A stretch of DNA of 64,000 nt, taken from an uncultured delta proteobacterium (GTDB lineage Bacteria > Desulfobacterota > Desulfomonilia > Desulfomonilales > Desulfomonilaceae). The DNA lies in the NCBI GenBank assembly GCA_963789265.1, contig CAWBKB010000004.1:256001-320000 (forward strand), read 5' to 3'. The number at the start of each line of letters is the position of its first letter. The stretch's first letter is position 1. A program made the position numbers and the translations under genes. The notes under the pieces are model-generated. The model was given only the letters and a program-made list of their open reading frames with translations, was not told the origin of the DNA and did not search any database. Of the stretch, positions 1 through 8,601 are shown one piece after another.

Positions 1-285
1 CTCCTCGCAATGACATTCTCGCCACCTCTCATTGCGAGTCCCGAGCCTCGTGGGCAAGCAATCCTTTCTTCAGTACCGTGTTCCTGACCTCACCGTGTTT
101 GCGAAATGATGCACCAATTACTGCGTTACGGAACTACGGTCGCATATTTGGGTGCCACTGCTGGCTTGCCCAGCAGTGTTCTTCCGGCAGTCACTTCTGG
201 GCAAGCCAGCAGTGGCACCCGACCCGAAACAAGACACCGTATTTAGGAAATGGAATACTAAGAAATAGTTACCCCTGAAAGGCAA

Positions 286-1458
286 TTAAGTTTGCGGCTT
301 TGACATCATGGTTATCTCTAAGGGCTGCCCCGTCTTCAGGACTTCTTTCCCTTCCACGACAACAATGTCACCGGCATTCAGTCCCTTCAATACCTCGGCA
401 TATCTGCGATCAATGTTGCCGATTTTCACGCGGGCTATTTGCGCTTTATTATTCTCGTCCACTCGGACCACGGTGTTCGCTTCATTGGCGCGAATTTGAT
501 CCAGCAAGGCATCAATTGGTATCCTGACCACCGCGGGAACGCGTTTCACTAAAATCCGAGCCCGGCCATACATACCCTCAAGAAGCTGCATGTCGCGATT
601 GTCTATATAAATGCGAACTTCGAAAAGTCTATTCTGGTTCGCGACAGGTTGTATGTATCCGACCGTTCCCTTGAATGTTTTGCCCGGCAGAGAATCAACG
701 GCAATTTCGGATTCTACTCCGCGTCCTTCCCGAACCACTTTGTCAATGTTTAACTTGCTTACATCCTTGTCGCTGAGAAAGGCGTCCAAGTACACTGTAG
801 TGTAATCGCTGATCTGGAACAGCTTCCCACCTGTGGAAACCCAGTCGCCTTTTTCCACGTACCGGTTCGACAGCACTCCATTTATGGGAGCCTTTACCAG
901 CGTGTGTTTAAGGTCCTCCAGCGCCTTGTCAAGTGCTCCTTTGTCAGCTTCCACCGCGCCCTGAGCGTTCTGATATGCCGACAGCTTCTGGTCGTACGTT
1001 GACTGGCTTATTGATCCGGTTTTAAGCAATGGCGCGTTATTCTCAAAATCGGTCTTATTGAAAGCCAGCGTTGCTTTGTCCTTCTCCAAGTTTCCACGAG
1101 CCTGGTCTGCTGCCGCTCGAATTTGCGAATCATCGAACGTCAGAAGCGTTTGGTCTTTGTTGACGAGCTGTCCGTCACGTACGTCGATGGATTTCACCTG
1201 GGCTGAGACTTCCGAAGATACTGTGGTGTTTGCAACGAAATGTAGGTTGCCCGACACATCCACGGTCTGCCTGATGTCTCCTTTTTCAACCTCGACGGCC
1301 CTCACTTTTATTGACGGTGACGTAAGAGCCTTTTCCTGTCGTTGCCCGCAACCGGCCAGCAAGATAACGAGCATCAGGATTGTTAAGAACCGAGAAAGCA
1401 TTCCAGTCCTCGACGGCAGTCGTTCTGTAACTCGGGCCGCTTCCGCCAGCGACCTCAC
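286..1458 (-). CDS. RND efflux periplasmic adaptor (membrane fusion) lipoprotein
   Basis: Lipobox LLAGC, biotinyl-like halves (VSSEVSAQVKSIDVRDGQ; VKAPINGVLSNRYVEKGDWV), coiled hairpin, C-terminal VLKGLNAGDIVVVEG. The start may be the later Met (MLSRF). Confidence 0.9.
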   Translation of the reverse strand: MRSLAEAARVTERLPSRTGMLSRFLTILMLVILLAGCGQRQEKALTSPSIKVRAVEVEKGDIRQTVDVSGNLHFVANTTVSSEVSAQVKSIDVRDGQLVNKDQTLLTFDDSQIRAAADQARGNLEKDKATLAFNKTDFENNAPLLKTGSISQSTYDQKLSAYQNAQGAVEADKGALDKALEDLKHTLVKAPINGVLSNRYVEKGDWVSTGGKLFQISDYTTVYLDAFLSDKDVSKLNIDKVVREGRGVESEIAVDSLPGKTFKGTVGYIQPVANQNRLFEVRIYIDNRDMQLLEGMYGRARILVKRVPAVVRIPIDALLDQIRANEANTVVRVDENNKAQIARVKIGNIDRRYAEVLKGLNAGDIVVVEGKEVLKTGQPLEITMMSKPQT

Positions 1459-1835
1459 GAATCGTCCGTTCGTCTAATTTTTAGACGGTATTTTCGGGAG
1501 AACGTTTTATCATCGTTGCCAAAGATAATACGTGAGTCTTATGGTAACAGCTCACCGCGGAGACTTCTGTTTTCTCTGCACGTCTATTAAGACCGAGCAA
1601 GGGAAATTTCGGTTTGTGACAGCGAATGAAACGCCGGCACGACAGTGCGCGGCGGTGACTAACGCGGAAATGAGTTGGCAATTTCTTTCTCTACGCTCTT
1701 CCCGCATCCCGCATCTCACGGGAAGGTCAATCCCGATTGCCCGTTGAACGGTTACGTCTCGCGACACAAGGGATCCCATAAAGACCCTTGTCTCATCATC
1801 ACCCAGGAACCATAATGACAATAATGGAGGTTACC

Positions 1836-2040
1836 ATGGCGGAGAGCAAGGACAAGTCAACGATTTATGTGAAGGTTGTGGATGGTAAGGGCAAAGAGGT
1901 ACGTCTGTCCGTTGAGTGCCCTGAAGGACCCCCAAAATGCCACGGAAGAAGAATTGAAAAACTGCTTTAATTCAGTGGAAGACGCGTTCAGCGATGCGGA
2001 AGTCATTGCTATCATCAAGAGCGAATTGAAGAAGGACTAA
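1836..2040 (+). CDS. Small hypothetical protein (~67 aa) with an apparent extra base near 1899
   Basis: GGAGG SD then ATG 1836. MAESKDKSTIYVKVVDGKGKE continues as YVCPLSALKDPQNATEEELKNCFNS...ELKKD* (TAA 2038-2040) if one G at about 1899 is removed. Confidence 0.65.
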
Positions 2041-2045
2041 GGGAA

Positions 2046-2648
2046 ATGGATTTACATGCAAGAATTTTTTCGGACTTTATCTGACCCTTCTGCTACATCG
2101 GCAAGGGCATTGTCGAAGCATTGAAGAAAGAGTTTTCTTTCACAGACGAGTGGTTGGCCTACGAGCTGCGCCCCGAGATGCCGGCGGAGGGGATACCAAC
2201 CTCCAAGCTTTTCCCCGGGGTTGACCTGAAGAAACGTTACGAAAGCCTGAGCCGTGCCGGGGCTCCCTACGGGATTGCCTTCAACGAGATCTCGCTGGTT
2301 TCCAAGTCCCGCCTTGCATTGGAAGCAACGGAATACGCGCGAGACAAGGGACACTTTGATTCGTTTCATGGCCGGGTTTTCCATGCCTATTTTGTGGAAA
2401 CCCGTGATATCGGTAATCTAGATGTAATTCTGGAATTGGCGGATCAGGACGGGTTGAACCCTAATGACTTAAACCTGGCATTGCAAGAGAAGCGTTACGC
2501 TGAGCGTCTCGAAAAAGCAAAGCAGGAAGGACGCTTATACGGCGTCACTGCGGTCCCCACATTTATCTTTAACGGAGAACACAAAATCGTCGGCGCGCAA
2601 CCAATTGATGTTTTCAGAGAGAAATTACGAATGATCCAGGCGGAATGA
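2046..2648 (+). CDS. DsbA/FrnE-like thioredoxin-fold oxidoreductase, predicted selenoprotein (U13, UPFC), 200 aa
   Basis: ATG 2046 gives MDLHARIFSDFI-TGA(2082-2084)-PFCYIG, in frame with the 2121 ORF. The TGA occupies the first Cys of the DxxCPFCYIG motif. C-terminal GVTAVPTF and GAQP motifs. SECIS-like hairpin at 2091-2120. Confidence 0.9.
2091..2120 (+). promoter_or_regulatory. Bacterial SECIS-like hairpin of the DsbA-like gene
   Basis: TCGGCAA (2098-2104) / loop GGGCA / TTGTCGA (2110-2116) with one G-U pair; lower stem TGCT/AGCA. The loop begins 20 nt after the UGA and starts with G. Confidence 0.75.
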
Positions 2649-2657
2649 CAAACCGCT

Positions 2658-2966
2658 CTACCCGGAATGTACCTCTTCATCTGACTCGATGACGCAGCAG
2701 CAAGCGGAACTCTTGCGCCCTAACGCTGCGTTGATCACTGCGGAGGCGCACCCGACGCCGGACCGTACCGACAACGCTTCGGCAGGGCAGTTTCGGGCGC
2801 ATGCGCCGCATTCCATGCATGCGTCCGGTTCATCAATGCCGACGCATCCGTTGTGCATGGAAAGCACAGCTTGAGGGCACACCTGGAGACACATACCGCA
2901 ACCTGTGCATTTAGCTTCATCAAGCTTCAAGGTTGCCACATTCTTTAAGTAAATCAGCCGACCCAT
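2658..2966 (-). CDS. hgcB: Mercury methylation 2[4Fe-4S] ferredoxin HgcB
   Basis: CTGCGMCLQVCP and CMECGACARNCP cluster motifs, GVGCA, C-terminal CCC; lies directly downstream of hgcA. Confidence 0.95.
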   Translation of the reverse strand: MGRLIYLKNVATLKLDEAKCTGCGMCLQVCPQAVLSMHNGCVGIDEPDACMECGACARNCPAEALSVRSGVGCASAVINAALGRKSSACCCVIESDEEVHSG

Positions 2967-2979
2967 GGTTGGACTCCCT

Positions 2980-4164
2980 TCAAGCGGCCACGCGGGATCC
3001 GATCCAGAGGATGACCCCTATGCATGCCGCGGCGATTTCAAGCGGCACAGCCCATCCCATCTCTTTCTTAACCCCGGAAAGCGAAGTGTAAGTTGACGCG
3101 CCGGTAAAGTTCATTGCCAGATACGCGCTAATTGAGGGGACCAGAAAGAGCCAGGCGAGGACCTCGAGCCTGCCCGACCAATCTGCAAAAGCCGCGCTTC
3201 CTAGGAGAGCCGGGACTAACGCCGCTGCCAAGCCCAGAACGAACCCCTTGAGCGCAAAAGCTCTGCCGGGCAGCCACGGCAAGAGAATAGGAGTCAAAAT
3301 TGTCCCTGCCACCAGAGCCGCGAGAAGAGCCCACGCCGCGAATAAACCATGATCGAGGGCGCCTCGCCAGAACCCTTCTGAAGCTCTCAGACCTCCGGCC
3401 AAGAAAAACACGATAACGAGTATAAGGGCCCACTTTGCCGCGGTCACCAGTTCAACTGGAACTACAACGATTCTTTCCCATAGAGTAAATGTCTTTCGGC
3501 GCATTTCCGGAGTGGCCCTCAGTCCCGAGTCAATGAAAGCCGCCAAATCGGACGACCGCACCGGCCCGTATATGACTCTGAAACCGGATCGCCTCTTCAC
3601 TTCGTGGGCCGCGACGCCCGGCGCAGCCAATTGAGGAAGAATAACACGCCTGTGCGACACGATCTTAGCGAGGCCGGACGATTCGAGTCGCCCAACTAGT
3701 TCGTCCGTACCAAATGTCCCCTTGCCCGCCGCGCACCACACATTGACCCCATCAGTGTCCAGTACCAGAATCCATGCGTTCCGACCCGGTAAAGCCTGTC
3801 TCAAAGCATCAAAGCTCATCTTGTAGTTTGCCGTCACCAGTACCGGCGCGGTGCCGTCCGGCTGGCCGAGAGCATAGAGCCCAGGATCGACCATGTAATT
3901 CATCCGGCCGATATTCCACCTTGCCTTTATGCTTCCCCACCGATCCGTCGGCGTCAGATCCGCGGACACCCTCGGCAAAGTTCCGACTGTCGTAAGAATG
4001 GAGCCGGTGAGAAACGGCTGCTCGAGTCGAGGAAGGCTCGCCTGAGCCTTTTCTCTGGGCGGTCAGCACGAGAGGGTTGGAGTGGACGTCGAATCCGACA
4101 CAGTGCATGAATCGGAGGCCGCAGCGCGCCCTCGGTTGTCACAGTCGCATGCGCTTTGTTCCAT
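2980..4164 (-). CDS. hgcA: Mercury methylation corrinoid protein HgcA with Cys-rich N-terminal extension and predicted selenocysteine (C33-U34), 394 aa
   Basis: Cap-helix NVWCAAGKG, VTANYKMSFD, C-terminal TM helices, AMNFTGASTYTSLSGVKKEM. The frame extends upstream of the track's TTG 3978 through one TGA (4063-4065) to ATG 4164, which is preceded by AGAGGAG. Confidence 0.93.
4033..4050 (-). promoter_or_regulatory. Bacterial SECIS-like hairpin of hgcA
   Basis: Minus strand: UGA + 12 nt + AAGGCUC / AGGC / GAGCCUU, a perfect 7-bp stem with G at loop position 2. It can be extended by GAG/CUC across an internal loop. Confidence 0.8.
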
Positions 4165-4303
4165 GGAAGAAACTCCTCTATTTTGTGTTCACAATCCTGA
4201 TCCGCACGGAAAGGTCCCATCTGCAAATTTCATGACGAAGGCACATTGGGCACGCTTCACATTTCCTTGAATTTGTTCCGCGACCTCTCCTTGAGAATAC
4301 TGC

Positions 4304-4780
4304 TTACTGGGGCTCTTGCCAATCAAAGCCGTTTTCAGCCAGAAGAGACCTCACCTTTTGATAGGTGCCTGCCACTATCCTGGGACACCTCGTCGGCGGA
4401 ATGCTGGGATCATCGAGTGTAATGTCACGGCACCTGATTCCGCCATAAATTTCACCATACTTCCCGGCAAACCAATCAACGAGCTCCTGGATCATGCACT
4501 TCATCTTGGGATTATCCTGCTCGTCAGATGAGCCTCTTCCTGCATACAAACCCAGCAGGCAGGCCCCTCCGGTAAGAGCCCCACAAGTCTCACCCGAGAA
4601 TCCGATTCCACCGGCCAGCGCGGACACGGCCTTGATAAGATCCGGATCGATTTTGCCCTGCGCCTCCAAGCCGGTGAACAGGAGGATCTCGCTGCAATGG
4701 AATCCTTGCTGCGCAAGCTCAATCATCCTCAGTTGCTCGGTAGTAAGTGAATTGACTGATGTAGCGAGGTTCGTTGGCAT
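4304..4780 (-). CDS. C-GCAxxG-C-C family putative redox-active protein (DVU_1555-like)
   Basis: GFHCSEI...GETCGALTGGAC...IRCRDI...RCP; AAGGAGG SD. Confidence 0.85.
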   Translation of the reverse strand: MPTNLATSVNSLTTEQLRMIELAQQGFHCSEILLFTGLEAQGKIDPDLIKAVSALAGGIGFSGETCGALTGGACLLGLYAGRGSSDEQDNPKMKCMIQELVDWFAGKYGEIYGGIRCRDITLDDPSIPPTRCPRIVAGTYQKVRSLLAENGFDWQEPQ

Positions 4781-4853
4781 GATTATCCCTCCTTAATTTC
4801 TGCTCAAGCAAGAAGTCTTGTCCTAGCCCTTCTCTTTTCAGGTGCCGATGGAA

Positions 4854-5249
4854 TTACTCCCGAACACCTCGTCCATCGGTGAGACCTGACCCTGAAAGTC
4901 CAATTTCTCTGAGCGAGCGAAGGACAGGTGCGCGGCCTGTCAACAGTTCGATCAAGGCGCTCAGAGCTACCGCGTCAACCCAGCATTCAATGTTTTTCCC
5001 TCGCCTTTCCATTTTAATGAGTCCTGCTTGCCGGAGCTCCTTTATGTGATGAGAGACAGTGGAAAGCGTTATAGTCAGTTCTTGCCCCAGTTCCCCGACG
5101 TAACGTCGAGCCATAGCTTCGGAGGTGCACTTTGTGCCCGGTGGGCAACAGGAAATCAGGCGCAAAAAGATGTCGAGGCGATTGGGATTGGACAGCGCCT
5201 TGAACATTTCAGCGAAACGGCGGACTTCTTCGATACGATGATTTGACAT
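4854..5249 (-). CDS. ArsR/SmtB family transcriptional repressor (hgcA-linked)
   Basis: FKALSNPNRLDI...VGELGQEL...STVSHHIKELRQAGLI...RRGK; extra Cys cluster SCCPPGTKC. Confidence 0.92.
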   Translation of the reverse strand: MSNHRIEEVRRFAEMFKALSNPNRLDIFLRLISCCPPGTKCTSEAMARRYVGELGQELTITLSTVSHHIKELRQAGLIKMERRGKNIECWVDAVALSALIELLTGRAPVLRSLREIGLSGSGLTDGRGVRE

Positions 5250-5256
5250 ATTGACA

Positions 5257-5285
5257 CTTTTACCACTCTAAATATGTTCTGTCAA
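5257..5285 (-). promoter_or_regulatory. Putative sigma70 promoter of the arsR-hgc unit
   Basis: TTGACA (5280-5285), 17 nt, TAAAAG (5257-5262) preceded by TGG; ends 7 nt before the arsR ATG. Confidence 0.55.
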
Positions 5286-5363
5286 GAAAGATTCGTGCAC
5301 CAGCGCAAAAAAAACTGTTATGCCCATATTTATAGCTAGATACTTATTGCCGGCTTTAGATTA

Positions 5364-5419
5364 GTGGATGGGCATCCTGCCCGCCATCAAGAATCGACGG
5401 GCGGGACGCCCATCCTACT
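5364..5419. repeat. REP-like palindrome family B (GACGGGCATCTTGCCCGTC / GACAGGCTGGAAGCCTGTC), one diverged copy
   Basis: Related copies at about 8509-8532, 37526-37585, 37838-37897, 41738-41762, 46995-47050 and 47248-47304. Confidence 0.8.
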
Positions 5420-5508
5420 AGAGCAGGTGAGGATGCAAGTCCCTCTCAAATCGTTTCCCATATCGGGGGGCTTGCTTTTGAGACCCTCTGGAAAGCCTTC
5501 ATTTCATG

Positions 5509-6405
5509 TCAATCTGGATCAATGACGTTCCAGCCGCATGTCGCCCCCGGCGAGAAGCCTTTCTGCTGGGCGAGAACATCCAGATAAACCAGCCCGAGCG
5601 AGGCAGCCTCCCGGACAATGTCGTCGCATCGATCCCGGAGATCGATACTTACCAAGTATTTCATGCACTCATAGCACAGTTCGGCCCGCTCGAATTCGCG
5701 GTCTTCCGAGAACAGCAGTTCCAGTTTGTCCTGGTCTTCAGACTCGCAGAAAGGACACTTGATGCGCATGTAGCTCCATTCATGGCCGCAGAACGAACAC
5801 CTCAGCCATCTGCGCCCTTCTTTGCCTTCAAGAAAGCTTATTTCCGGCCAAGAACCGCAGATCGGACAGTATCCCTTGTGCCACTGAAGACCCTTGGGCA
5901 ACGGCAAGAGAGATTCCACCCGCTTATGCGCAAATGGCTTCGAGAATTGTCCCAGGACAAAATACAGAATGCCCGGGTCCACACCGAGGTCTGATGCGGT
6001 CCTTTCAATCTCTGTGCTCGAACAGCCCACAGCAGAGACCCAGAGCATTGAATCTAGATTTCCGCTTTCAATCGCACTTCTGATTGCGATCAATTGTGAC
6101 TTGATACGAGGGAATCCACGCTCCATGGCCGGCAGTAAATGTTTCGAGGCTTTTCGCAGGTCGGCAGTGGAAAGGCGAAAGGCGTCCCTGGTGAGGATGG
6201 GGACCCCTCGCGAATATTGAACAGAATCTACGGTCAAGTCATGCTCGGAGCTTATTGGAAGTTTGGCCTTCAGAGCTGCCTGCGCGGCCAAGAGCGCCTT
6301 AAACGCGTCAAATACCGTGGCAAGTTGCGGCAAACTCTCCCGCATGCCTTCTATGGCCCTTTGTACTCGCTCAGAAGCGTCTCTGCCGGACCGATCCTCG
6401 GTCAT
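5509..6405 (-). CDS. fdhE: Formate dehydrogenase accessory protein FdhE-like
   Basis: GYCPICGS...RWLRCSFCGHEW...CPFCE...CYECMKY; ATG 6405 follows an AGGAG SD. Confidence 0.85.
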   Translation of the reverse strand: MTEDRSGRDASERVQRAIEGMRESLPQLATVFDAFKALLAAQAALKAKLPISSEHDLTVDSVQYSRGVPILTRDAFRLSTADLRKASKHLLPAMERGFPRIKSQLIAIRSAIESGNLDSMLWVSAVGCSSTEIERTASDLGVDPGILYFVLGQFSKPFAHKRVESLLPLPKGLQWHKGYCPICGSWPEISFLEGKEGRRWLRCSFCGHEWSYMRIKCPFCESEDQDKLELLFSEDREFERAELCYECMKYLVSIDLRDRCDDIVREAASLGLVYLDVLAQQKGFSPGATCGWNVIDPD

Positions 6406-6595
6406 GTTTTTCTCCTGAAAATGTCTGCGGCTCCATGTCATAAAAAAGCACGAAAAGCGATGAACGCGCAAGGTTCGGGAAAAATCTTCCCAACAGCCTT
6501 AAGGTTTATCAAACGCGCAGGCAACGATGGGCCTCTCCCTTCCCGTTCCCAATCAAGGTTCGCCCTCTTGCTCAGGAGAAGTTCTCTATTAGGAC

Positions 6596-6943
6596 TTACT
6601 CCGAGCCCTTGATCACCACGAGCAACATTTTGAATCGCTTTGCGGCTTGTAGAGAGTGGGAGACGTTTGCCGGCATGGCCACCACCTGGCCGGCTTTGAC
6701 GACCATCTCTTTGTCCGCGACGGTTATTGAGGCTTCGCCGTCCAGGATCTGGACAAAGGCGTCTCCAGCCGCAGTATGAGTGCTCAAACCCTCGCCTGCA
6801 TCAAAAGCAAACAGGGTAAGGCTCACGACACTATTCTGTGCGAAGGTGCGGCTCACCACACGCCCCCCTTCATAATCAACCAGTTCGACCAGGACTTGCG
6901 GCTCGGCAAACGGTATATTCTTCAAAAATTTACCCTGTTCCAT
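6596..6943 (-). CDS. Cupin domain protein
   Basis: LFAFDAGEGLSTHTA...MPANVSHSL...FKMLL. Confidence 0.88.
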   Translation of the reverse strand: MEQGKFLKNIPFAEPQVLVELVDYEGGRVVSRTFAQNSVVSLTLFAFDAGEGLSTHTAAGDAFVQILDGEASITVADKEMVVKAGQVVAMPANVSHSLQAAKRFKMLLVVIKGSE

Positions 6944-7168
6944 TCTCGTTTCTCCTTTCTTCCCAATGGATCATTGAGGTCTAGGTCACGATGACGCTAA
7001 CGAGTGAGAAGCAAGACCCCATCGGAGTTGTTAAAAGACGATGATCATTTTCTTCGTCATTGCAACTTCTTCACCGCTCGTGACTGAATGCTTGACGAAG
7101 TATGGTATCTTACTTCTGATTTAGATTCTCCAACTGACAGTTGAGATAGAAAAATTTGCGAGATTGTC

Positions 7169-8375
7169 ATGAAACTTGAGCAGACTGAACTAAAAGCGAA
7201 TTCGAAAGTAGGAAGCGGCCGCGTGCAGAAGTTTGTCTTTCCCGGCGGGAAGCTCCGCGTCACGCAGATTACTACCTTTTGTCCCGATTACATTGGGCCG
7301 GGGCCCACGCACCTCTACCTGATCGAAAGCGATGCACTCATTTTGGTGGACGCGGGCATCCCGACAAACCTGGCGAAGTGGTTCTTTTACCACTGGCGTA
7401 ATCAACCCGTACCACCGGAGATTGAAGCGCTCCCACCAGATCACAGCGAACAGGAGCTATTGGGAGGGATCAAACTAGCGGGCTACTCTGTTCGGGACAT
7501 CGATCTTCTTGTGATTTCCCACGGCCACCCCGATCACTTTTCAATGGGCCACTCCATTCTCGACCGGAGCACTGCGGCTGTTTCGGCTCACATTCTCGAC
7601 ACACCACAGATTTGCAACCCCTGGGGGTTGCTCAGTTTCTGGTATTCCAGGCGGGGTCAGACGGTGGCTATTGGAATGCCCCCGCCTGCGTCCGCAGAGG
7701 AACCGGCCGAGGGGCGGGGGGTTGAGGGTTTGGACCTGAACTCGATGGGAATGGCGCTAAAAGTGAATTCACCGATCTTCGGTAACGGCCCTGTAAATCT
7801 GGCTGGATCGCCCATCCGGGGTTTGGGGGCAAAACACCTCCCAGGCCATTCGCCTGGGAGCATCGGCCTACTCGTGGGACAAAACGGGGAAGACAAGCTG
7901 CTTCTTTGCGGAGATGTGTTGCTGAGCCCGATAACTCCCCATCCAGATGACCTCCTGGAGTACTCTGCAAACTCTCGAGGAACTGTCAAAGGTGCAAAAC
8001 GTTGGTCTTACGCTGCCCGCTCATGGGGAGCCTATTCAATCGCTCAGGGAACGTGCGAATTTCTTGCAACATCACCATAAACAACGACTGAAAGTCACTT
8101 ATGAGGCTTGCGGTGAGCCCCGTTCCATCTGGGATATTGCGACTATGCCTGGTTACTTCGAAACTTATGTCGATCCGAACAAGTTTAATTTCCTCGCCGG
8201 AACAGAGGCTCTGGTGCACGTAGAACTTCTCAATATGGTCGGCGGTCTGAATCGTTGCTATATTCAAGACCAGGTGCATTATTTTCAAAAATCCGGGGAA
8301 CCCTTCGAGGATGTGTATTCCAGGATAGCGGCGCTTGTTGCCGATAAAAGGACGAATACGATTATGCGATATTAG
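7169..8375 (+). CDS. Metallo-beta-lactamase-fold hydrolase with an apparent extra base near 7964
   Basis: SHGHPDH, PGHSPG and GD in ORF 7169-8080; LPAHG in the overlapping ORF 7947-8375. They join at GAG TAC t CTG CAA. Confidence 0.8.
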
Positions 8376-8601
8376 TATTACGTCTCGGAAACAGCCGGAC
8401 GAACAGAAATTGTGTCTGAATGGCCGCGTTATGATCTGGTAGGCGAAACGCATCGGCTGTGGGACAGACGTGAATGATATTTTTTCACGCGACTCATACA
8501 GCCTCTGTCGGCGGGCAGGATGCCCACCCCACGGATGCAATATCCTGCGCGACTCGTGGAGCCGCCACATCGGCGATTCTGAATTACTGTGAGACAAGAC
8601 T

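Noticed and set aside
2121..2123. TTG 2121 as the start of the DsbA-like gene
   Set aside because: It would remove the whole active-site motif.
3976..3978. TTG 3978 as the hgcA start
   Set aside because: Weak SD. The upstream frame is open to an ATG with a strong SD apart from one UGA that follows Cys and precedes a SECIS-like hairpin.
2980..3978. Annotation as acetyl-CoA synthase corrinoid subunit (CdhE/AcsC)
   Set aside because: The NVWCAAGK cap helix, TM C-terminus and adjacent HgcB identify it as HgcA.
4165..4303. Cys-containing open stretch (KCEACPMC) after the C-GCAxxG-C-C stop
   Set aside because: It follows a TAA, has no convincing start or SD, and is probably chance.
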